Source of the DNA: a virus | Direction: 5' to 3' (one strand) | DNA length: 64,000 nucleotides | IMG/VR virus record: IMGVR_UViG_3300032092_000004 | Coordinates: 1 to 64,000 of that record | Program-made: the position numbers and the translations under genes | Shown here: piece by piece, positions 9,542 to 19,800 of the stretch | Layout: each line of letters opens with the position of its first letter | How positions within the stretch are numbered: the first letter of the stretch is position 1 | The notes under the pieces: model-generated | Told to the model about the DNA's origin: nothing | The model's database searches: none | The model's input: the letters and a program-made list of their open reading frames with translations, nothing else

Positions 9542-11380
9542 ATGACTGAAGAAGAAAAAAAAGAAGTCCAAAAACAAATTCAAGAAGCGGTTGCTGCCGA
9601 AAGAAAGAAAATTGCTCAAGGAGTTTCTGGTGAAGAAACAAAAATTCCTTTACTTGATTTTAAGGAAGACTACGTAAAAGATTGGACTGTTGGTCTTGGT
9701 ACTATTAAAACAGAAGTTGGAAAAACTATGGAAGAAGTTGCCGCTTCTTTTACCGATAAAAGTTTGGGTGAAAATACTTTCATTAAGTTATTAGATGAAC
9801 AAGCTACGGAACTTTCGTCACAATTTGGTGTTGGAAAAGGTAGGATGGAGGAATTTCGTCAATCTATTGCCGATGTATCACCAGCACTTATTAGAATGGG
9901 AGTGGACCAAGCCGATGCAATCAAGAACATTGGTAAAATGGGAGAAGCTTTAGGTTCCGCGGCAAGTTTAGGAAGTGAGGCAATAATTGAACTATCCGCC
10001 GCTTCTAAAGCTACAGGACAAGATGTTGGTCTTTTAACTGAAAAATTTAGAGAAGTTGGTGTTTCAGTTTATGATGTTGGTGATGCAATGTTAGATGTTG
10101 CAAATTCAGCAAGAGCTGCCGGTGTTTCAGTTGGTGCGGTATCTTCCGCTGTTGCTCAAAACATAGGAAAACTAAACTTATATAATTTTGAAGGTGGTAT
10201 TAACGGACTAACAAAAATGTCGATACAGGCATCAAGACTTGGTGTTGATATGGGTAAAGTATTTAAAATTGCCGATGATTTATTCTCACCTGAAAAGGCA
10301 ATTGAAATGTCAGCATCATTACAAAGATTAGGTGTGACAAGTAGTGGATTGTTAGATCCATTAAGGGCGATGGACATGGCACAAAATGATCCTGAAGCAT
10401 TACAAAACGAGATCCTTAACATTTCTAAAGAATTTACCAAGTTTAATGAACAAACAGGTAAGTTTGAAATTATGCCAGGTTCAAAACGAAGATTAAGAGA
10501 AGTTGCAGAGGCGATGGGTATGACCGCAGAAGAATTGGCAGGTATGTCAATTAAAGCTTCGGAGTTTGACAAAAAAATGTCACAAATCAAATTACCTAGT
10601 TTTGCTGAAGGTAATGAAGAAACTAAGGAACTCATTGCTAGTATGGCACAAATGAAAGATGGTGTTGCCACAGTAAACGTTAAGGATGAAAAAACAGGTG
10701 AGGTAATATTAAAACAAGTTGATCAATTAACACCTGAAGATATTGAAAAATTAAAAGAGTCTCAAACAACTCAAGCGCAAACGGTTGAACAGTTAGCTTA
10801 CGACCAATTAACAGAGTTACAACAAATTAATAGTAGTATATCAGGGACAAAAGCCGCTGTTGGGTTTGGAAAGGCAACTTCAGAACCAATTGAAAAACTT
10901 TTCACGACTATGATGGGTATTAATAAAGATGTTGCTGTGGGTCTGAATAGAGGAGTTACAACAAAATCTGTAAGAGAACCATTAACAGACTTAACTCAAC
11001 CAATTGAAGATGCGATAACGGCATTGTTAAAGGAAGACGCTAAAGGGGCCTCAGATGCGTTTAACCAATTTGTTGCGAACGCAGCAAAAATAGAGGAAGA
11101 ATCAAAAGCTAAAATTCAAACATCATTTGATAATACATTAAAAAGTATTCAGGAAACATTTAATAAGGCTTATAACCCACAAACCCCTTCTCAACCACAA
11201 ACAGTAAATGTTAATTGGACTATTTCTGGTGATCCTAACATAACTGGTAAAATTAATCAAGATCAATTTGATAGAATGTTAAATACGTCCACATCTAATC
11301 CTGATACTAGAATTAACGTAACTAATAATTTAGTTGACAAAAACGCACCATCAGCAACAACAGGAGGTAAAAATCAATAA
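9542..11380 (+). CDS. Tape measure protein
   Basis: Ala/Gly/Leu-rich helical protein (LTKMSIQASRLGVDMGKV, RRLREVAEAMGMTAEELA) directly after tube and chaperone. Confidence 0.8.
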   Translation: MTEEEKKEVQKQIQEAVAAERKKIAQGVSGEETKIPLLDFKEDYVKDWTVGLGTIKTEVGKTMEEVAASFTDKSLGENTFIKLLDEQATELSSQFGVGKGRMEEFRQSIADVSPALIRMGVDQADAIKNIGKMGEALGSAASLGSEAIIELSAASKATGQDVGLLTEKFREVGVSVYDVGDAMLDVANSARAAGVSVGAVSSAVAQNIGKLNLYNFEGGINGLTKMSIQASRLGVDMGKVFKIADDLFSPEKAIEMSASLQRLGVTSSGLLDPLRAMDMAQNDPEALQNEILNISKEFTKFNEQTGKFEIMPGSKRRLREVAEAMGMTAEELAGMSIKASEFDKKMSQIKLPSFAEGNEETKELIASMAQMKDGVATVNVKDEKTGEVILKQVDQLTPEDIEKLKESQTTQAQTVEQLAYDQLTELQQINSSISGTKAAVGFGKATSEPIEKLFTTMMGINKDVAVGLNRGVTTKSVREPLTDLTQPIEDAITALLKEDAKGASDAFNQFVANAAKIEEESKAKIQTSFDNTLKSIQETFNKAYNPQTPSQPQTVNVNWTISGDPNITGKINQDQFDRMLNTSTSNPDTRINVTNNLVDKNAPSATTGGKNQ

Positions 11381-11430
11381 CAATATACTACTAAAAAAAA
11401 TAGACTATAATCTATTTATAAAATAAAAGT

Positions 11431-14400
11431 ATGGCTGAAAGCTTTTTATCGTTTGGTAACTCAGAATTATTTAGAAAACAGTTATTGGTTAGAAATTTAC
11501 AACCGTATGGCGTGCCAGGTGCATACACATCACCGGGTAATCCTGTAAATTACGAAACAAACATAACAGTTTCAAACGTAGCGGATTCACCAAATAATTA
11601 TGTTTCTACAAATTTATTTGCATCAGATTTATATCCACTTAATGAGTACGGACCTGAAGGTGGTTTCGGAAATCCTATTGGTGTTAATTTAACACCCGTT
11701 TTAGAACCTAACCAAGGACCATACTATCCTGTTAATGGTGCTCAAACTCAAGGATTAGTTCTTGTCAATGAATTCTTTATTGAATCGGCATATGTAACGA
11801 ATAAATGGGGACCATCAGGAGGATATAAAGATTTGGTTATCATAACTGATGTTCAACAATCAGGACTTATATACCAACCATATTGGTACCCTGGTTATTA
11901 TAGTTATTCAAGTTACTCAACATACGGGATTGTTTTTTCAGATGACCCATTAGGGTCTAACGGACCTTTATCTTCCGATAGTTTTTTAGCGAAAATTGGT
12001 GCGGAACAATTGAAGTTCGCATTCAATGAAAGGATTGCTCAAGAATTAGAACAAGCAACTATCGGTGCTATTAACTTAGACACGATTACAGATCCATTTT
12101 CCGCTAGCTTATTAGCAACAGGGCAACAACCATTTTTCATAAGAAATTGGAAAATTACAGTTCCTGAAAATCCTGCTTTAGCTGCGGTCTCTTTAGGTAA
12201 TAGATTAACAGGTACTTATTTCCCTGTTTCATTTATTCCTGGTGATTATTTTGATGATGATAATCCCATTAATGGACCACAAAATGCTGCAGCACTAGGA
12301 GTTGCAAATAATCTAACAGGTGGGTTGTTAGCACCTATATTAAACAAGTATAGAAATCCATCGGAAGTATTTGTTGCAAACACAGGTAATGGTCAAAGAT
12401 CGGCATTATTTTCGGCTTTAGATTATAACCTTTATAGACCGGCTTACAATAGAGGAATAGTTGGTGGACTTATCGCAGGGGCATCGGCAGCTGTAAATAG
12501 ATTATTTGATCAAGACAAAGCTCAATCCTCAGGATATTATGTTGGTAGTGAAAACGCTGAACCCGCACAAATTGATGGACCACCTAATCAATTACCTGTT
12601 AATCAATTTGGTGTACAACAACAAACTATTGTTTATGGACCTCAAGAATTAGGTATTTTATATGAAGGTAACGAAAACCAACTTAATTTTGGTTTAAAGG
12701 GTAAATCATATACTGATGGTGGTGGAACGTCAGGTCAAATGGTTTGGACTTCACCTAAGTATAAAGGAGACGCTGGTTTCCGTGCAACTGTAGGTGGTGG
12801 TGCAGGAAGTTTAGATGATGAGTTTAATCAGATTTCAGGTGATTATTTAAGATATCAATCAACAGATGTTCCTTTTAGACCCGGTTCTATTCTCTATGAG
12901 ACACAAAGATTGGTAGATTCTGCTGATCAAGTACAAGGACAAGCCAGACTAAAGCATGTTGGAACTGCAATTAACCAAGTTTCAAAAGTATTCAATGATG
13001 GATATAAAGAGTTAACCAAAGGTTCAAGAGTTTTATCTTATGTTAATCAAGCGGACGGAACTCAAGCAGGATTAGAATATTGTAGAGTATTCCAAAAAGA
13101 TACTCCATATTACACATATGCTGACTTACAAAAAGTTGATGGGATCACAACTTCGGGTAGAAGATTTGACTATTCAATATTCGACAACACATATAACTTG
13201 AACATTGCTCCTTTAAGAAATCCGGGATCGACAAACATTGTTGATGGAAAAGTTAAAAAGTACATGTTCTCAATCGAGAACTTAGCTTGGAGAACTTCAG
13301 ACAGACCGGGTTATACTTACGATGATTTACCTGTATGTGAAAAAGGACCAAATGGAGGAAGAATTATGTGGTTCCCACCATATAACGTTAAATTCAATGA
13401 CGATACAAAACCCGATTTCAATGCAACAAGTTTCATCGGTAGACCTGAACCAATTTACACTTATAAAAATACATCTAGAAGTGGACAGATCAGTTGGACA
13501 ATTATTGTAGATAATCCATCCATGATGAATACTATCATTGAAAAACAATTGAAAGGAGCAACAAAAGACAGGATTCAAAGTATCATTGATTCATTCTTTG
13601 CCGGATGTACCAAATATGATATGTATGAATTAGGTATTAAATTTAATACTATACCAACAAAAGATTTATATACATACCAACAAATATTAAATAACCCAAG
13701 ATTAACAACAGAAGAACAAGTAGAGGTCTTTCAAAGCATACCTGTAAATCAAGAAGCGACAAACGATGGTGATGCTTCAGGTGCCGACGGGACTGAAGGA
13801 ACAACTGGAACTGGAAACCAACAAAAAGAAAATATCCAATATGTTGAAACCGATTTAAGTAATTATGTTGGTTATGGTTTCTATTTTGAAAATGACGTAC
13901 CTGGAGGACCAAACGGAACTAAACCTGGTGAAGACAAAACTAAAGGGGAATCGGCTTACAACTTTAGTTACTATTATAATCAATACATTGGGTTACAACC
14001 AACCTATTTACAACAAGCACCTCAAAACGTTTATGTTGGGACTGATCAATTTACTAAGGATGGAATTCCAAACTTCTTCTCAACAGTTATTGAAGGTAAC
14101 TTTAATTTAATCCAAAACGAACTTGTTAAACAAAAAATTGAAGATATCTTAGTTAAACAAAAAGGTAAAATTGAAATAGAATTGGTTGGTTCGGCATCGG
14201 CACCACAAACTGTATCGTATAATAAATTATTATCTGAACGAAGAAATTTCTCAGTTCAAAAATGGTTTTTAGATCAAAAACTAAGTGATGGTAAAACAAT
14301 TAGAGAATATCAAGAAATGGGGAACTTTAAGGTTATTTTAAATCCAAATGGTGAACAACTTGTAATTCCAAAGACCAAAGAACAAGCCGCAGCAACCACA

Positions 14401-16548
14401 GGTGATACTACAGACATTAGTGTTACAAATGCACAAGGTGGTAATGTTTTAAATGCTAGTGTTGATTGTACTAAAAATATAACTTTAGTATCAACTCAAA
14501 ACCCAACTTCAGGTGATGTCCAAGAATCTAGTAAAGCACAGTGGTATAGCATACCTGCGATGGCTTGTCGTAGAGTTGCGATCCAAAGGATTAAAGCCGA
14601 GATCCCAAAAAATGAAACTCCTCAACCAAGTCCCGTACCACCTAAACCGGTACCTACACCTGTACCGAATATTCTTACAGGTCAGACTCAAAGTATTAAA
14701 CCTGAGCCTAAAATAACTATCGAACAAAAGATTAAAGAAGGTATCTCTAAAAAAATATTAAGAAATCTTTTTACAGAGTGTGATTATTTCCAAATCATTA
14801 AAGAAAGTGATCCTATGGTATATGATTCTATAAAAGATAGAATTAAATATTTTAGTCCGGCTTTCCACTCGATGACACCTGAAGGTTTGAACGCTCGTTT
14901 GACTTTCTTACAACAATGTATGAGACCTGGTCAAACAATTCCTGTTATAGGTGCCGACGGTAGACCTAAATATAATGATGCATTGAATACCACTTTCGGT
15001 GCACCGCCAATTTTGATTTTAAGATTTGGTGACTTTTATCATACCAAAATAGTACCAACAAATCTTGGTATTACTTACGATCCACTTCATTTAGATATAA
15101 ATCCTGAAGGTATTGGCGTACAACCAATGTTAGCGAACATTTCATTGTCATTTAATATAATTGGGGGTATGGGTCTTAAAGAACCAGTTCAAGAATTACA
15201 AAACGCACTTTCGTTTAACTATTATGCTAATACTGAAATTTATGATGAAAGAGCAACTGCGACTGAAGATACAAGTAAGATGGATCAATACGTTGTTCAA
15301 AAGATAACTTCTGCATTACCAACAGTGAGTTCACAAGAGGCCGCGAATATTGTTAATAACGTACAACCTAAAAAAGGAGGAAGTACTATAGGTGTGATAG
15401 CCAGTGAAACTGAAATGGATTATACAACCATATTAACATCATTACAAGATGGACTACAAGGATACTTCAAAGCTTATTATGATGCTATTAGTAAGATTAA
15501 TACCGATTACAATTTTGGTGCGTTACAGATAGCCTTACAAGAAAAATCATATACTGAGGGTGATCTTTCTGAATATACAAATGATAAAGTTAAAACAACC
15601 CTTTATGGTAAAAGTAATAATTATCAAGAATATGTTGAGAACTTAATCAAAGAGGTTAAAAAAGATATTGAACAAAATGACGACCCTATTATGTCTTCAT
15701 TGAAGGGTGAAAGTCAAATGACAAATAAGATTAAAAGAGAATTAGAAGATAAATTACAAGCTTACGCAACACAAAGACAACAACCAATGTTAGATGTTAT
15801 AGTGAATAACACCTCAAACATCACCAAAGTCACAACTGATCTGAATTTTATTTTTAGACAATTAGATGTTGTATCTGATAAATTAGATGGTGATCTTGGA
15901 TCTAATAATCAACCAAACGCTTATGATCTTAGTGGTGATACTTTCTTTGGTCCAGCAACTACTGATGGTACTTTGGCGAATTTATACACTAAAAAAGTAC
16001 CTGAAACAATAACTAAGTTTGAAAAACTTTTGGAAAGTTATAAAATTATATCAAAAGACGGATTTTTTAACCCAAGAAAATCAACTATTGAAAATGGAAG
16101 TGGTTGTAAATTTGTTGTAAATAATGATCCTTATTTTGGCGCTAATGGTGATTGTTCTTGGAATAGATTTTATATTGCAATGTCACCTTTATTTACTAAA
16201 GAACAATCATATACTGAATTTGTAAATGATTTGGTAAGTGGACCTGAAATAAAAGTTAATTCTACTATTGTTGAATTAGTAAAAAAACAATGTGGATATA
16301 TAAAAGACAGTCTATTCCTACCCTTTCAAAAAATATGGACCGACACATTTATTGAAATTGAAAAATCACAAGATTATGTTGCAGTTACAACATTTAAATT
16401 ACCTGACGCACAAGTTAAAAAATGTAATTTTGTAACACCGGCAACGGACAACGTAAATCAAAAGAATAAGAAATTAAAAGACCTGTACTCAAGTGTTAAC
16501 TTGAACGACAATAAAAAGACCTTCAATGGTAAAGTAACATTCAATTAA
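11431..16548 (+). CDS. Large baseplate/tube-initiator-like protein with an inserted OmpA-like peptidoglycan-binding domain
   Basis: FIGRPEPIYTYKNTSRSGQISW and PPILILRFGDFY...QPMLANISLSF tube-like motifs flank FYFENDVP...ELVGSASA...YNKLLSERRNFSV...CRRVAI. Confidence 0.65.
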   Translation: MAESFLSFGNSELFRKQLLVRNLQPYGVPGAYTSPGNPVNYETNITVSNVADSPNNYVSTNLFASDLYPLNEYGPEGGFGNPIGVNLTPVLEPNQGPYYPVNGAQTQGLVLVNEFFIESAYVTNKWGPSGGYKDLVIITDVQQSGLIYQPYWYPGYYSYSSYSTYGIVFSDDPLGSNGPLSSDSFLAKIGAEQLKFAFNERIAQELEQATIGAINLDTITDPFSASLLATGQQPFFIRNWKITVPENPALAAVSLGNRLTGTYFPVSFIPGDYFDDDNPINGPQNAAALGVANNLTGGLLAPILNKYRNPSEVFVANTGNGQRSALFSALDYNLYRPAYNRGIVGGLIAGASAAVNRLFDQDKAQSSGYYVGSENAEPAQIDGPPNQLPVNQFGVQQQTIVYGPQELGILYEGNENQLNFGLKGKSYTDGGGTSGQMVWTSPKYKGDAGFRATVGGGAGSLDDEFNQISGDYLRYQSTDVPFRPGSILYETQRLVDSADQVQGQARLKHVGTAINQVSKVFNDGYKELTKGSRVLSYVNQADGTQAGLEYCRVFQKDTPYYTYADLQKVDGITTSGRRFDYSIFDNTYNLNIAPLRNPGSTNIVDGKVKKYMFSIENLAWRTSDRPGYTYDDLPVCEKGPNGGRIMWFPPYNVKFNDDTKPDFNATSFIGRPEPIYTYKNTSRSGQISWTIIVDNPSMMNTIIEKQLKGATKDRIQSIIDSFFAGCTKYDMYELGIKFNTIPTKDLYTYQQILNNPRLTTEEQVEVFQSIPVNQEATNDGDASGADGTEGTTGTGNQQKENIQYVETDLSNYVGYGFYFENDVPGGPNGTKPGEDKTKGESAYNFSYYYNQYIGLQPTYLQQAPQNVYVGTDQFTKDGIPNFFSTVIEGNFNLIQNELVKQKIEDILVKQKGKIEIELVGSASAPQTVSYNKLLSERRNFSVQKWFLDQKLSDGKTIREYQEMGNFKVILNPNGEQLVIPKTKEQAAATTGDTTDISVTNAQGGNVLNASVDCTKNITLVSTQNPTSGDVQESSKAQWYSIPAMACRRVAIQRIKAEIPKNETPQPSPVPPKPVPTPVPNILTGQTQSIKPEPKITIEQKIKEGISKKILRNLFTECDYFQIIKESDPMVYDSIKDRIKYFSPAFHSMTPEGLNARLTFLQQCMRPGQTIPVIGADGRPKYNDALNTTFGAPPILILRFGDFYHTKIVPTNLGITYDPLHLDINPEGIGVQPMLANISLSFNIIGGMGLKEPVQELQNALSFNYYANTEIYDERATATEDTSKMDQYVVQKITSALPTVSSQEAANIVNNVQPKKGGSTIGVIASETEMDYTTILTSLQDGLQGYFKAYYDAISKINTDYNFGALQIALQEKSYTEGDLSEYTNDKVKTTLYGKSNNYQEYVENLIKEVKKDIEQNDDPIMSSLKGESQMTNKIKRELEDKLQAYATQRQQPMLDVIVNNTSNITKVTTDLNFIFRQLDVVSDKLDGDLGSNNQPNAYDLSGDTFFGPATTDGTLANLYTKKVPETITKFEKLLESYKIISKDGFFNPRKSTIENGSGCKFVVNNDPYFGANGDCSWNRFYIAMSPLFTKEQSYTEFVNDLVSGPEIKVNSTIVELVKKQCGYIKDSLFLPFQKIWTDTFIEIEKSQDYVAVTTFKLPDAQVKKCNFVTPATDNVNQKNKKLKDLYSSVNLNDNKKTFNGKVTFN

Positions 16549-16549
16549 A

Positions 16550-16873
16550 ATGCCTTTTCAATATTGGAATAGATATACGAATTTTTTAATCAATGGAGAA
16601 CAAACTGTTGTACCATTTGTGCCAGTACCCGCAAAAACCTCAGATAAAAATTATATTTTTATTGTAGGTCAATCAAGATTAGATAAAGTTTCACAACAAT
16701 TTTATGCGTCACCCTACTTTGGTTGGTTAATAATGGCTGCAAATCCCCAATATTCAGGTAATGAATACTCAATACCTGATGGTGCAGTATTGACAATTCC
16801 ATATCCGTTAGTAGCTTCTTTACAAGACTATAAAAACGCATTAGAAAATTACTTCTTCTACTATGGCAGATAA
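16550..16873 (+). CDS. Baseplate wedge gp53 / LysM-like (tail X-type) protein
   Basis: SRLDKVSQQFYASPYFGWLIMAANP...IPDGAVLTIP. Confidence 0.8.
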   Translation: MPFQYWNRYTNFLINGEQTVVPFVPVPAKTSDKNYIFIVGQSRLDKVSQQFYASPYFGWLIMAANPQYSGNEYSIPDGAVLTIPYPLVASLQDYKNALENYFFYYGR

Positions 16874-19800
16874 CGGCGAAAATATATTAGTAGAATTTGA
16901 CTACGATAATATTACTTTAATTGACCCAAATAAATTAATTGATGAACAAGGTAATGTTAAAGATCGTCTTGTAAAACAAGAGGACCTGATTTTCTATGCG
17001 AATTTGGAATGTAATGTTTTACCAAGAACGAAATTGGCTGTTGGTTCGGCAATGAACGATCAACAAAGAACTATCTCAGTTGGTAGGATTAATTTTTTAA
17101 ATCCTGGCCATAAAACATTTTTGGATACTGCTTGGTCAGACGAACTAACAGGTAAGGGTACCTTAGAAGGTAAAGGTGTAAATCAACCTAAATTGACTGC
17201 AGTCAAAAACCCAAACAAATCCGATGATTACTACATAACTCAAAACCTTTGGTCTAATGGAACACCGGGTGCGGTCGATAATGGATTCTTAGGTATTAAA
17301 AGTATTCGATTTTCAATAGGAACTGACTTCTTACCGGTAATAGATATTGAATTAGAAGACGTTAAAGGTAGAGCTTTATTTGAAGGTGGAAACAGTTCAC
17401 CATATTCTGCTTTCTTTCAATTACCATACCCACAGTTTACATTAACAATGAAGGGTTATTATGGGAAGGCGGTTAAGTTCCCTATAATGTTACAATCATT
17501 TAGTTCTAAATTTAATCCATCTACACATAATTTTGAAATATCTTTAAAGTTCTACGGATACAAATATACTTTATTATCATATGTAAATTATGGGTCATTG
17601 ATGGCAGTTCCACATATGTATAACAATGTTGTTAATCAGACTACCGCAAGTAAAACACAAGGATCTAATACAAATGATCAATCTGCACAAGCACCAACGA
17701 TTGTAAGTAGAGGTTATCAAAAGATGAAAGAAATTTATTCTGATTATAAATCTAAAGGACTCATTCCTGATGATTTTCCAGAAATAACATTGAACCAACT
17801 TAATTTCAGATTACAAAAATTTATTGACGACGTATTAAGTAAGTTTGCAAAAGAGAATCTTGGTGTTTTAACTGAGATGACAAATTATACAAACGCATTG
17901 ACTTTGTACCAACAAAAAGTTTTCTTGTATGGATCTTCGTGGTTTAATACTTATATGAATGTAAAATCTCCTATAGTTTTAAAAAACGGACAAAATATTT
18001 ATGATTTCAAACCTGACTTAGATGCTCAAAAACAAGAAACCGCTTTAACCGAACTTGAGGGTATTATTAAAGACAATAACGCAAAATTAAACGAAAATAG
18101 TATTTTTGGTACAAACGGATCTTATACTGTTGGAAACAAAACAGTACAGTCTAAAATACCAGTTCCAATAGAAACGAAAACATTTGCGAAAGGTGAGTTA
18201 ATAACTAATGTAGATTTAGAAAAAACTTTTAGAGCGTCACCAAACGCACCTAAAGGAACATTGTCACCATCAAATACACCACAAACAGGGTTGACCGCCA
18301 CAGATTTGGCATTTGCAACATTTAAAACAAATTTAGAAACTAAATTTAAAGAAACAAATGGGCAATTTTTTATTTTTGACGGACCAAATACTTTCATGAG
18401 TATTACAGATACTGCCGGTAAATCAGCACAAAAGTTTAGAACACAAATTGAACAACAAATTACTGAGAGTTTGGCTTCTAAATTTAATGAACAAGGTGAA
18501 AATAGTTTAGGGTTTATTCCATCCATAAGAAACATATTAGCAATTTTTTATTGTCAAGGAGAGGCTTTTCTAAGGTTGTTAGATGAGGTTCACAAAAAAG
18601 CTTGGGACCAAAGAGAAAATCCTTATAGAAGAGCCGCAATTTTTGGAAATCAAACAACAGCACCAAGTGTGGACATTAAAGACTCAACACAAAACAATGA
18701 ACCAATTTATCCTTGGCCACAAGTTATACAAGAGACTGTCGGTGACGACAATCAAGAAAAATTCCAAGTAATTTACCCTGGTGCTCAAAATGTTGCAAAC
18801 TCATATAGGGCTTATGATCCTGAAATATGGCCTGAGGTTGAATTTGTTGAACAATTCATAAAAGGATATACACAAAGACAAAATGATGCAGATAAGAGAG
18901 GTGCTGAATTTAATGAAATAGATCTACAACCATCTCGAATCTCTTTAAATGGAATTGATTTCCCAGTTTCAAACGAAGTATTTCAAAATAAAGAAGAGTC
19001 TAAATATTTCTTTGAGATATATGAAAGACTTCTTTTAAATTCATATTACAGTAGACTTAATAGACAGTCAGGATATAATCTATCTATTTATGAAGCAGAA
19101 GCGGATGACGAAGCGGTAAACATATTAACAAGTCTTGGTCAAGATAATCCTTTCTTATCTAAAACTATTAAAGAATATCTTTTGGATAGTAATAATTATT
19201 TACCATTCTTAAGACATATATCGAATCAAGGTCAAGGTGAAAGTTGGCAATCTTATATTAGAGGTGAATTTGTCACTAACTATATTAAAAATGATGTAAA
19301 CAACCCAAATGTTTTATATAATGAAGATATAATAGTATCTACTAAATCACAACCTAATGTTTCTTTAAGTAACCCAAAAAATTTAACAAATCTAAATAAA
19401 TATATTGCGGGTTCTTCTTCATCAAATACGTTTGAGTTTGGGGATACATACCCAATAACAGATTTAGATTGGGATAGAAAAAATTTGGCAAATGGTAAGT
19501 CATTAAATAATGCAAATGAAGCATTTGATACTAAAGATGTTCTTAATTACAACCCAACCCAATTAACAATAACTAACTTTTTGGATAACACAAACGAGAA
19601 TCAAAGAAGACCTTTTACTTACTTCAATTTTGTTAATCTGAATGTTACTCCTGATGTTACAAATCTAAAAACTTTCTATAAAGATAGAAAATATCAAGAT
19701 CAATTAGTTACAGAGGGTAATATATCCTACTCAAATTATTCAGGAAATGTTTTTTCTGAACAAACAACATCTATGTTGAATACACCGTACTTCATAAATG

